Source: Methanobacteriota archaeon (lineage in GTDB: Archaea > Thermoplasmatota > Poseidoniia > Poseidoniales > Thalassarchaeaceae). From it: DNA of 64,000 bases. Shown here piece after piece: positions 35,921 through 47,800 of this stretch. The position numbers and the translations under genes are program-made. Within the stretch, counting starts at the first letter, position 1; each line of letters begins with the position of its first letter. The notes beneath the pieces were generated by a model that saw only the letters and a program-made list of their open reading frames with translations, was not told where the DNA came from and searched no databases. The stretch lies in NCBI GenBank assembly GCA_002718995.2, contig PBGL02000007.1:2306-66305 (forward strand), in the 5' to 3' direction.

Positions 35921-38059
35921 ATGTCGGCTCGGACAGTTTGCGTTGCCATAGTGATTCTTCTACTGACTTCTGTAAACCCTAGTCAAGCTACTGAATTTGA
36001 GAGTAGTTGGGAAATTGTAGAAAGCGGGACATCTGAAGATTTGCTGACCGCTGCTGAATTTGAGGGGGAGGTTTGGGCGTTTGGAACTGCGGGCGTCATG
36101 CTACGCAGTGGTGATAACGGGGCTTCATGGACGGTTTACGAATCGCCGACCACAAGTGATATTCTGAACTCGGCCTCGGGTTTTGGTTCCTTGCTAATCT
36201 CCGGAGATTCTGGATTGGTACTCCTCAGGGAAAGTGAGAGCGATTCGTGGATCGATATTTCACTCCCAGAAGAGGATTCCGTAAATGGGATCTCGTTGAC
36301 TGGCAGCGATACAGCCGTGGCAGTAGGAAATCATGGGACAATATGGAATCTGGATGGTGGCGTCTGGACGGAGACCGCTCTATCCATAGAAAGTGACCTT
36401 CTTGATGTGTCATTCCTGGATGAGGAACTAGGAATAATAGTCGGTTCCGAGGGGACGATTCTCTTTTCCGAAGATGGAGGAGAAAGTTGGGAGTATCGTG
36501 AGTCGCCCGAGGGAGCTGCCGGTGCAGTTATTGTGTCAGTAGAGTTCTACAGCCCCACTCGAATTTATGCCATTACAGATGATGGGAGGGTCCTTATCTC
36601 GATGAGCAATGTAGTTACTGGGACTGATGTCGGATACATATGGAATCTTGTTGAGTTCGAGAGACACTACCCTCCAGGAACAAATGAGTACATCCTAGGG
36701 CCAGAGAAACTAGACGTACAATTGACCTCTATCGAAGTGGTTACAACGTCTAAGTTCCTGATGACGGGAGATGGGGGTTATATCTCCATGAGCGTCAATG
36801 GTGGGACGATAGTTTCGCAGCAGATTAACCCCCTTGGAAATAACAGTAACTTCAACGATATTGTGATGGTGACCGGATTCACGGGCGTGGCTGTCGGAAA
36901 CGAGGGTAAAATCCTGTGGACAGAAAATGCTGGTGCAGACGATCAAGCGGGATTCGTAGTTCCTGAATACGGGAACTTCGGAGTATTTGTTGATGAGACA
37001 AAGGCCATGTTCCTATCCGGATTTATCGCGACGCTGAAGATAGTAGCATTTGGAATTGTTCTGGGCTTTCTTCTGGGAGTTACCCTGGCAATGTGCAAAA
37101 CATCACCAATTTCACTAAGGAACGTCGTAGAGCGATATGAACCGAAATATGTCAGAATCATTGGAATACCCCTACTGGCTGGCGGACTGCTGCAAATCTA
37201 CTCCGCCATTCCGGGAGCGAGTGGTCTTGGACTTCAGGGTATTGAGTACATCTTCCTCCCAGTCGGGGCACCTGTTTCTTTTGCTAAGATTCTCTTAGGG
37301 ATAGCGCTAATATTCATTGGCACACTTTTCATTAGCAACGACAATAAATTTTCGAAAATCAATATTGGCCCATTTACATTGAATCCTTGGAGAGTAAGGC
37401 CACTGAATGCCATAGCGACAGTTTACACTGACTTCTTCCGTAACACCCCCTTAATTGTGCAGTTCCTATTCATACACTTTGGACTTCGGCTAGGGGCACT
37501 AATTCAAGGTCCCGGATTGGAGATTTTTAGCTTCGAAAATTTGGAAAATAATCATAATTTTATGACAGACATTATTGCCACATATGATCATTCAGAGGGC
37601 AATTATGGAACACTGATCGGCGGTGTTCTATACGACTCTGCTTTCATCAGTGCGATATGTGCTCTGGGATTCAATTCGGGTGCCTACCAATGTGAAACTA
37701 TCAGGGGCGCGATACAGGCGATCCCATCTGCCCAGATGGAAGCTGGCAGGAGTATTGGCCTAACCTATCTTCAAACCATGCGAAGAGTGATCATGCCACA
37801 AGCAATCAGAATCTGCATCCCTCCAATGGGCAATGAGATGGTCAATCTTGTACTAAACTCATCTCTTGCTATGATTATAGGATATGCTGAGTTGACTAGG
37901 CAGGGGAAGTTGATAGTCGCTAGTACGTTCCAATATGCATATGCTTGGGGGATGGTTCTGATTTCTTACTTCGTGGTGACGTGGACTCTTGCCCTGATAC
38001 TCAGATGGCTAGAGGAAAAAACTAGAATTCCAGGATTGGGGATAACTGGGGGTGATTGA
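35921..38059 (+). CDS. Fusion of a YCF48/BNR beta-propeller and a HisM/GlnP-family amino acid ABC permease
   Basis: Signal peptide; Asp-box repeats RSGDNGASW, FSEDGGESW and MSVNGG; permease motifs YTDFFRNTPLIVQ, AYQCETIRGAIQAIPSAQMEAGRSIGL and NSSL. SD GGAGGGGGAG before ATG 35921. Confidence 0.88.
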   Translation: MSARTVCVAIVILLLTSVNPSQATEFESSWEIVESGTSEDLLTAAEFEGEVWAFGTAGVMLRSGDNGASWTVYESPTTSDILNSASGFGSLLISGDSGLVLLRESESDSWIDISLPEEDSVNGISLTGSDTAVAVGNHGTIWNLDGGVWTETALSIESDLLDVSFLDEELGIIVGSEGTILFSEDGGESWEYRESPEGAAGAVIVSVEFYSPTRIYAITDDGRVLISMSNVVTGTDVGYIWNLVEFERHYPPGTNEYILGPEKLDVQLTSIEVVTTSKFLMTGDGGYISMSVNGGTIVSQQINPLGNNSNFNDIVMVTGFTGVAVGNEGKILWTENAGADDQAGFVVPEYGNFGVFVDETKAMFLSGFIATLKIVAFGIVLGFLLGVTLAMCKTSPISLRNVVERYEPKYVRIIGIPLLAGGLLQIYSAIPGASGLGLQGIEYIFLPVGAPVSFAKILLGIALIFIGTLFISNDNKFSKINIGPFTLNPWRVRPLNAIATVYTDFFRNTPLIVQFLFIHFGLRLGALIQGPGLEIFSFENLENNHNFMTDIIATYDHSEGNYGTLIGGVLYDSAFISAICALGFNSGAYQCETIRGAIQAIPSAQMEAGRSIGLTYLQTMRRVIMPQAIRICIPPMGNEMVNLVLNSSLAMIIGYAELTRQGKLIVASTFQYAYAWGMVLISYFVVTWTLALILRWLEEKTRIPGLGITGGD

Positions 38060-40218
<2,159 letters not shown>

Positions 40219-40311
40219 TTACAGGTACCGGGCGCTCTGGCGAGCCGAATCGCCCTTTTGAATGGTATCCTCCTGAGATGTGCCATAATGCCTCTATTCC
40301 AGGTAGATGAA

Positions 40312-41628
40312 TTAGGAGAAAACCATTCTATCGGCAATTTCTGACACCTTTTTCTCATGTCCGGGCAGGGTCATGATGTATACGGCGGCTTGACTCACCT
40401 GACGTATCTTCAGGGCGTCGGCTATCGGGGTGTGATCCTTGAACCAGCGAGTCTTCCCGTCGTCCCCAATAATCCTGATATCAACTTGGGACATTCTTGG
40501 CTCTGCCAGAAGCAGTTTGATATTGGGAACATCAAGAGCTACGTAACCCGGCTGAAGGCCCGCCCTCAGGGCCATCTCATCTTCGAATAGCCTGCGTTTT
40601 TCGGAGTCTGATGCAAGTCCTGCCAGGAGTTCCACCTGTCCATCAGTCAGATCTTGACGCCTTCTGCTAGAGCAAACCTTCAGCAGTTGCCTATACTTGA
40701 GTCTCCTAATCATGTCTCTCGCGTAATCTCCAGCCCCGTACAATGCTTGCCATATCTCAGCATCTACGCGCCTCTGTAGATCGACTGAATCAGGAAGTTG
40801 GTCCGCACTTCTTTCGACCGCCCTGGAGAGCATTATTTCGGTTACTCGGGTAACTCGGTGGAAATATACAGCGCTGTACATCAGTCCTCGAGCCATCAAC
40901 ATCCCCTCCAATGCAGGGATGCCCCCTTCCTCAACTGCAATATCCCCGCCATGCCTTTCTAAGCACATAATTAGTCTGCGATAGTCAATCACTCCGTGAT
41001 TAACTCCTGTGAAATGAGAGTCCCTAAGGAGGTAGTCTATCTGATCGCAATCAACTGGCCCGTGGACAAGATGAGCGAGTGTGTTGTCCTGCTCGACAAA
41101 GTCTGAACGGCCCTCTGACCAATCCATTAGATTCCTCTCCGAACCACCTGCATCCGGGCCCCTAATTAGGCTGGCAACCTCATTGGGATCAATTCCATGG
41201 CCCTCGAGAATTTCAGGGATGGATTTTCTATCGTTGATTGAGTTGAGCTCTCCCTCTCTTAGTACATCATAGTCACCTGTAATGATCCCCTCTGTTATCG
41301 ACATGTGATCCATGCCCCCTCTCTCGTGAAGGATGTGCTCTAGAGTGTGAGAGTAGGGGCCATGCCCCACATCATGCAACATTGCAGCGACCTGCACGAT
41401 ATCCTTCTCAGAATCATCTAGGGACATTGAGTCGGCCATCATCCCGGCAACATGTGACACCCCTAGTGAATGCTCAAAACGGGTATGATGGGCACCGGGA
41501 AAAACTAGGTGTGCAAGTCCGAGTTGCTTGATGTGGCTAAGTTTGTTCATCTCAGGTGTCTTCAGTAAGTCCTTCCTGACGCCATCGATTCTGAACTGGC
41601 CGTGGATTGCATCATTGATGGTCTTCAT
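40312..41628 (-). CDS. HD-superfamily phosphohydrolase (SAMHD1/dNTP triphosphohydrolase-like)
   Basis: IKQLG...FPGAHHTRFEHSLGV, LHDVGHGPYSH, DQIDYLLRDS and MYSAVYFH. Confidence 0.9.
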   Translation of the reverse strand: MKTINDAIHGQFRIDGVRKDLLKTPEMNKLSHIKQLGLAHLVFPGAHHTRFEHSLGVSHVAGMMADSMSLDDSEKDIVQVAAMLHDVGHGPYSHTLEHILHERGGMDHMSITEGIITGDYDVLREGELNSINDRKSIPEILEGHGIDPNEVASLIRGPDAGGSERNLMDWSEGRSDFVEQDNTLAHLVHGPVDCDQIDYLLRDSHFTGVNHGVIDYRRLIMCLERHGGDIAVEEGGIPALEGMLMARGLMYSAVYFHRVTRVTEIMLSRAVERSADQLPDSVDLQRRVDAEIWQALYGAGDYARDMIRRLKYRQLLKVCSSRRRQDLTDGQVELLAGLASDSEKRRLFEDEMALRAGLQPGYVALDVPNIKLLLAEPRMSQVDIRIIGDDGKTRWFKDHTPIADALKIRQVSQAAVYIMTLPGHEKKVSEIADRMVFS

Positions 41629-41690
41629 ACCGTTCCCTGCGGCCTCCGGAGAGTATGCTTCCCCTTGAATGGCACTCTATGCGGGATTCT

Positions 41691-41750
41691 TACAATGGAA
41701 GTCAAGGTCTTATTCATTGTATTTCATTTGCATTTCAATTGAGATACAAT
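41691..41750. promoter_or_regulatory. Cluster of TACAAT/ATTGTA inverted repeats, candidate RHH operator
   Basis: TACAATGGA...TTCATTGTA and ATTGTATTTCA...TGAGATACAAT, each with one mismatch, directly upstream of an RHH gene. Confidence 0.5.
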
Positions 41751-41790
41751 TAAGACCCCTTGCCTCTCTGTGCGGATCGGAGGAAGCAAG

Positions 41791-42159
41791 ATGGCCGGCC
41801 ACAGCCCCATGGTTTCGCTAAGGATTCCAGAGGATCATCTACTGGAATTGGAGAGGCTAGTGGGCCTTGATGGGATGAGGAATAGATCCGACGTGATCCG
41901 ATTTGCAGTAAGGCAGTATCTTTCTTCCGAGCACCAGGTATCGGGAGATAGGGTCCAAGTTGACTTGGGGCCCGATCTGAGTGCCAGAATTAGTGACTAC
42001 TGCAAGTTGCATGGAGAGAGTCCGGATGTTGTGCTTAGACAGGCAGCCAGGGAGCATATCAGGCGAGTAGCCATCGAGGATGCTACCGTTGAGGATATTC
42101 TTGCTGCTCGGATGGATGCCCTGCGTGCAAGATATGATGATGATTCAAACGCTATTTGA
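41791..42159 (+). CDS. Ribbon-helix-helix (CopG/NikR-N-like) transcription regulator with two RHH units
   Basis: MVSLRIP...LERLV...NRSDVIRFAVRQYL and RVQVDL...ISDYC...SPDVVLRQAAREHI. SD GGAGG. Confidence 0.85.
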   Translation: MAGHSPMVSLRIPEDHLLELERLVGLDGMRNRSDVIRFAVRQYLSSEHQVSGDRVQVDLGPDLSARISDYCKLHGESPDVVLRQAAREHIRRVAIEDATVEDILAARMDALRARYDDDSNAI

Positions 42160-42170
42160 GGCGAGGGAAA

Positions 42171-42296
42171 ATGTGTGAGGACGGGATGCACGGAACCAAC
42201 GCGGGGGGGCGCACTATGCGCCCTCTCGCACCCAACTTCGAAGGCCTCTTAGACCGAGCCAGGAAGGCAAACTCAATGATGAGGGCCGATGCTTAG
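42171..42296 (+). CDS. Possible 41-aa small protein
   Basis: ATG 11 bp after the RHH stop, preceded by GAGG. Reads MCEDGMHGTNAGGRTMRPLAPNFEGLLDRARKANSMMRADA. Confidence 0.35.
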   Translation: MCEDGMHGTNAGGRTMRPLAPNFEGLLDRARKANSMMRADA

Positions 42297-42360
42297 AATG
42301 GCTTGTTGAGTTGGACATGAACCCAATCTTCTTGGTCGTTCTACTGACAGGGCGCTTTCC

Positions 42361-44385
42361 ATGACGGCATCCGAAACGCCGAATCTCGGAGTTTACCTCG
42401 CTCATGAGGAGATGAGAGATTCCCAAATTGAGATGATCGTGGACGGTATCGATTCTCTTTCTGAGAGAGGTTTTCTCCTAGCTGCAGCGCCGACTGGCAT
42501 CGGTAAGACTGCGGCATCCCTGGCTTCGGCCTTACATGTGGCAAATAATAGAGGTGAAAATGGCTTGAAGCCAAAAATAGTGTTCATGACGGGAAGGCAG
42601 TCGCAACACAGAATTGTTGTCGATACAGTGAGGATGATTAACTCGAGGCTTCCTTCGGGCATCCCTAGGGTGAAATTAGTTGACATAATTGGAAGAGAAG
42701 GGATGTGTGAAGTGATTGACAAGTCCACGGGTAAATGTGACTGTGAGAAGGGGACAACTGAGGAAGGAAGACATAGAAAAAGAGGGATAATGAGGGATAT
42801 TATTCTCTCAGAACCTCAACATGTCGAATGGGGAATTAGGTATGGCAAGCAGCAGAAAGTCTGCTCTTGGGCAGCTGCCAGATCTGCGGCCAGAGATTCG
42901 GATGTTTTGGTATGCGACTACAATCATGTTTTCATCGAGGGAGTCAGAGATAGTTCACTGCCTGCCATGGGGATTGACCTTGGAGACTCCATATTGATAG
43001 TTGATGAGGCACATAACCTCCCCGATAGAATTAGGAATGGCCTAGAAAGAAGAATTACTGACCAGGTTTTCAGGAGGGCACTAACCGATGTCCAAGAGTA
43101 CAAAGACAAACTGGAAAAGATTGCTTTGCAACTAGATACTGGAGAATCATACGGTTTCGGGGAAGCTGTGATACTCGAGAATCAGATAAAGGCCCTGCGG
43201 GACGATGTTGGCCTCAGGAAATGGTTCGATACTAAGACTCAGGAAAATAATGACTCCGATTGGGATGACCTCAGGGTCGATACAAATGAGTTCCTAGACA
43301 TCATAGGAAGGGCGATAGAGGGAATAGGCGAAAATGGTGAAAAGGGGCAAATTGCGATTATTCGAGAGATGATTAGAGGTCTGATGAGAGTAAAAATTGA
43401 TGAGGACGAGTCGTTGGAGGATGAAGAACAAAACGACTGCATCAGACTTGCGGAGATGCTAGATGTTTGTGTCCAATACAGAAACAATGATGCTCTGGCC
43501 ATAGTTTTTGATAATTTACTGGAAGAGCCCCGAATCACTAGTCACTTACTGGATCCGGGAGTTGTGGGCGCCCCAATATTCGAAGAATGCGCGGGCTCCA
43601 TACTGATGTCGGGAACACTATTCCCTCCAATAATGTATGGCGAAATTTTAGGGATTCCCGAAGTCGGTTACAAAGGCAAGGAGTATGATTCTGGATTTCC
43701 TCCCGAGAATAGACATGTACTAATTGCAAGCGATGTTACGAGTAAGTTCTCAGAAAGAGAGTCTAGTTTCAGTACAATCAGTGAACATATTGCTTCAGTA
43801 TTGGAGAAGACCCCGGGGAACGTTGCAATCTTCGCTCCTAGCTACTCCATGATGGAGAGAGTTGTGTCTGAGACTGGATATGTATTCGGGAGACATCGCC
43901 TGGAAGAGAAAAGGGGGATGTCCAAGCGCTCGGTGGATGGGATGGTCAATAGGCTTCACGAGCTAAAATCAATGGGCAAGAATTCCGTAATATTCGGAGT
44001 TTTGAGCGGTAAGCTGTCAGAGGGGATTGATTATTCGGACAATATCCTCGATGCAGTAGTCTGTGTCGGTCTACCACTTCCCCCTCCTAGTGCCAAGCAG
44101 GATGCCCTGTTTAGTTACTACACTAGCCGATTTGGCAGATCTAGTGCTTGGAAGTATGCCAGTTTACAGCCAGCAGTCAATAGCATCCTACAGGCACTGG
44201 GCAGGCCAATCAGGAAAGCGGAGGATAGGGCAATTGTGGTACTTCTAGAGAAGAGGCTCTTAGAGAGCAGGAGCAGGGATTGTATGCCTGGCTCAATGGA
44301 CTCACTCAGGACCTCTAGCCCATCGAGAACCGGTAAGCATGTAGAGCGTTTCTTCCGGATACCTAAATCAATGGGTTCATCTTAG
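42361..44385 (+). CDS. xpd: XPD/Rad3-family (DinG-like) ATP-dependent DNA helicase
   Basis: Q motif RDSQ, APTGIGKT, Fe-S Cys cluster (MC...CDC...VC), CDYNH, VDEAHNL, MSGTL, SEGID and QALGRPIR. Confidence 0.92.
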   Translation: MTASETPNLGVYLAHEEMRDSQIEMIVDGIDSLSERGFLLAAAPTGIGKTAASLASALHVANNRGENGLKPKIVFMTGRQSQHRIVVDTVRMINSRLPSGIPRVKLVDIIGREGMCEVIDKSTGKCDCEKGTTEEGRHRKRGIMRDIILSEPQHVEWGIRYGKQQKVCSWAAARSAARDSDVLVCDYNHVFIEGVRDSSLPAMGIDLGDSILIVDEAHNLPDRIRNGLERRITDQVFRRALTDVQEYKDKLEKIALQLDTGESYGFGEAVILENQIKALRDDVGLRKWFDTKTQENNDSDWDDLRVDTNEFLDIIGRAIEGIGENGEKGQIAIIREMIRGLMRVKIDEDESLEDEEQNDCIRLAEMLDVCVQYRNNDALAIVFDNLLEEPRITSHLLDPGVVGAPIFEECAGSILMSGTLFPPIMYGEILGIPEVGYKGKEYDSGFPPENRHVLIASDVTSKFSERESSFSTISEHIASVLEKTPGNVAIFAPSYSMMERVVSETGYVFGRHRLEEKRGMSKRSVDGMVNRLHELKSMGKNSVIFGVLSGKLSEGIDYSDNILDAVVCVGLPLPPPSAKQDALFSYYTSRFGRSSAWKYASLQPAVNSILQALGRPIRKAEDRAIVVLLEKRLLESRSRDCMPGSMDSLRTSSPSRTGKHVERFFRIPKSMGSS

Positions 44386-44399
44386 TCGGGCCATTGGGG

Positions 44400-44891
44400 G
44401 TGAGTGATAGCATGACATGGAGGCGGTTGGAAATAGGCGACTCGAACGAAGGTGTGGGAGGTGAGTCTGATGTCGGAGGAACTTCCCTAGGGCTCGACGT
44501 TACTGCTTTCGAAGCGCATTCGCAATTCATCTCAGACCTACCTCACATGTCAGAGGTTTCGGAAGCTCATGGAGAATTCTTGGGGCAAGCTGGGAACGTA
44601 CCTGAATCAGCTAGGATGGCGAATAGCGATATCACAACTATGGGCGAGATGGTAGCTGATCTGGGGGGTTCAATAGAAGGTCATTTCATGGAGATTCCGA
44701 TGCCTTCGGCGGATAGAAGGGGAGTTGTCCTCGAAGTCATGGAGGGAGAGAGTGGCACCATAGCCAGAATTATTGCCCCCAGTGGCTTTGGAGGTGTATT
44801 GAGGACATTTAGATTACCCGCTGGCTCCTTCATCTCTGGTGCGTCGTGGAATGGCCATAACCTGGGGCTATCTCTAGAGGATCATTCCTGA
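44400..44891 (+). CDS. Hypothetical protein with a weak Hsp20/alpha-crystallin-like C-terminus
   Basis: C-terminal RTFRLPAG...ASWNGHNLGLSL resembles the R-x-x-LP...A-x-x-x-NG-x-L motif. Confidence 0.45.
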   Translation: MSDSMTWRRLEIGDSNEGVGGESDVGGTSLGLDVTAFEAHSQFISDLPHMSEVSEAHGEFLGQAGNVPESARMANSDITTMGEMVADLGGSIEGHFMEIPMPSADRRGVVLEVMEGESGTIARIIAPSGFGGVLRTFRLPAGSFISGASWNGHNLGLSLEDHS

Positions 44892-47800
44892 GGAACTATC
44901 GCTGACTCCCTAGATGGGACTTCCTCGAGTTGGTCGATCTCCTGTAGAACGGCACTAAGTGCCATCTGAGCACCTTCCCTGTGGGGCTCTCCGAGAACGT
45001 GGCTTGAGTATCTGGCCTCTTCGAAAATTCTATCCAGGGACAGGAGGGCCTGTTCGCTTATCGGAAGTGCGTTTCTTATTGCCAATTCGAACTCCCTGAC
45101 TGTCTCGAAATCCCTCCTCAGGAAACCCCTGCTCATCAAAATCTGGCATAGTCCCTCGTAGCAGTTGAATATCGCCTCTCTGACCTCATCGCCAGCCGCT
45201 AGGAGTTCTGCTGTGTAGCTGAACACCCCGGCCAACTCGTCGATGGCTGCTTGCTTCCTCCTCCTGAGTAAAATCGCTCCGACTGCGGCTAACCCGATTA
45301 TCACGAGCATGGCCAAAGCGGCCATGGCTGGACCGACGAGAGATGCTCCCTGCTCAGGCTGGTACTCCACTTCGACCACAGCGAACTGTGAGAGTCGGGC
45401 GGCGTCAATGGGGTCGATGATATCTGAGTCCGAACTGAACTCTACCGAAAGGTCTCCCCAGAAGTCCCTGTCCCAAAGTGGGTGGCCCTCATGGAATGAC
45501 TCGAAGTTGTACGTGAATATACCATCCTGATTGGTGACTCCCACAACTGTAAAGTGAGTACTAGTCGCATTTACCAGTCTAGCTGTAATTGAGACGCCCT
45601 CGATGACCTCGACCCTGTCAGTGGCAGTGACATTGACCCTTCCCGAAAGGGAACTTTGGCCTATCTCCAGATACAACGAGTCGGGGATGAACTCGAAGTT
45701 TACAGGTACTTTGATTACCACCTCGAACCCGATCTCGCCACCGTTCAGGAACCTGGAGGAGTCGGGGTCAACCACTATTGACATGCTCGCCGTACCAGGT
45801 GGCATTGTTGAAATCGCATTCGACTCGACCAGGAATTGCCCCGTAGTCTCGTCCCATGAAATCTTGGTATTCGGCCTTAGGGAGTCCCCCCAGTAGAGCG
45901 ATAGGTCCATCTCCTCCATTGTATTTCCTTCCCCGCCGATTTCAATAATCCTACCAAGGACCCTTATTGGCCTATTTCCGTCACTTCTGACGACTTCGTC
46001 CTCCAGGAATAGTATCTCTATCTGAATGTCTGCCCTTGCATAGACGGTGGCATTGATGGAATTCGAGAGGTATAGTTGCTCCCCGGCAAAAACCAATGAA
46101 ACATCATGCGAACCCCTTGATATCAGATAGCCAAGCTCGTGACTAATGCTGAATGTACCATCTATGCTGGTTGTTATGGTAGAAACTTCTTCTCCGTCCA
46201 GTAGGAAGGATAGCTCCCTCCCTTCCAGGCCGGGATTGCCTGTGGAGTCTGCATCGAATAACCTCCCCGTGAGATTCCATGAACCGCCTCTTGTCACCAC
46301 GTTGTTCTCAACTTGCAGAGTCATTCCCGTGTGATACGCGATTGTTAGATTTGCCTCTACTGAACCTTCCCGGTGATAACCCTGATTCGGAGCTACTACA
46401 GTTAGCGTGTGCTGGCCCACATCCAAGAACTCTGAGACTACCCACGAATGGGACCAGAGTCCATCCTCGTCAGTTGTAGTTGTACCAATCAGGATTCCAT
46501 CTATGAAAATCTGCAGTGAGTGGTTCTCTAGCCACCCATCCGGAAGGTTGTCCTTGACAGATCCACTGAGCTGAAGCACATCTCCAACTGCTACTGGGGA
46601 TGGCTGTTCCACACTAACCTCGGCAGGCCCGAAAACAGTGAATATGGTGGTCGAATTTGAACCTATGACAAACTCCTCGCCGCCGAACTCTATTCTGACA
46701 TTCCTTGGCCCGAGAGGCATGTCCGGAGGTACTGGGAAGAATAGGCTAAACGTGCCGTTTTCAGTGACTGACAGTGAAGTTAGGAATTGATCATTCATGT
46801 AAACGTCGAGATTCCTTCCTGGAAGCACCCTTCCTGCTCCATCGGTTAGCATTCCCTCGATGAGCAATAGCTCGTTTCTATCGACCTCTCCCGGAGGCGT
46901 AGTGAGGACGACCTGAGAGGTCTGGGTCGCGTTGAATTCGTGTGTTAATGTGGAAGGGAGGTAGTACTCGGGATTCAACGAGTCCCCCTGGCCCATTGGA
47001 TCTACCCATGTGAATCCACCTAGGAAATCGACAGTGAAGGTGTGGACCCCATAATCGGTATCTAGTGGCAAATCGTAAGTTATGCTCCATACCCCGGTGG
47101 AAGAGTTGGAAATGGAAGTATAGACAGGCCCCACATCAATTCCGTCAATAGAGAGGTGTACGACTCCCCCTTGGTCTTCGCCATTCTCGACAAGCGGCAA
47201 TCCATGCTCATCGAGTAGCGTGCCGGTGAATGTGACTGTCTCACCAGCGATAGCGGAGCCAGTGACCGAAATCACATCTAGAACCGAGGGGGCGAGTATT
47301 ACCACCCTAGTCCACGTCTCGTCACCCAGTAGTCCGGTTGTACCATTGATACCCGCGAATGTAGCTGTAATGGTCATTGGCCCGGGAGCCCTGTTGGGAT
47401 CAGTTGTGATCACAGTTGTAAGAATGCCCCCTTCATCGGTAAGGCCCGACCAAGATTGTACGCCGTCTATTGAAACATCGACTTGAGCCCCGGGTACAAA
47501 CTGTCCGGAGTTGTCGATAAGGGACATGTTTAGTGTTATGTTGTCCCCTCTTACCGTCCTCTCATCGGGATCTAAGTCCGTAGGGGATATTATTGAGAGC
47601 ATTGAGAAACCCCTGCTATCAAACGTGCCATCCTCTGAGCTGGGGCCGTAGTAGTTGACGGAAGGGGTGTATGATGCAGTGATATTGTGTGTACCGCGGG
47701 GGAAAGAGAGGTCAAGGAATATCCTAGCTGACCATGATCCGTTTGCGTCCACGGTCCCGCCTGTTACTGAGAATGAGTTTGTATCCCCGTCGATCGCGAA

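Noticed and set aside
40312-41628. HD hydrolase as an antiviral dNTP-depletion system
   Set aside because: This family is widespread as a housekeeping gene in archaea, and no defence genes are nearby.
42198-42228. Resemblance of the hairpin to 23S rRNA helix 69
   Set aside because: The similarity is short and low-complexity with a different loop geometry, so it is probably chance.
42160-42360. SRP RNA or RNase P RNA in the structured gap
   Set aside because: Too short, and it lacks the SRP helix-8 motif and the RNase P GAGGAAAGUCC-type conserved regions.
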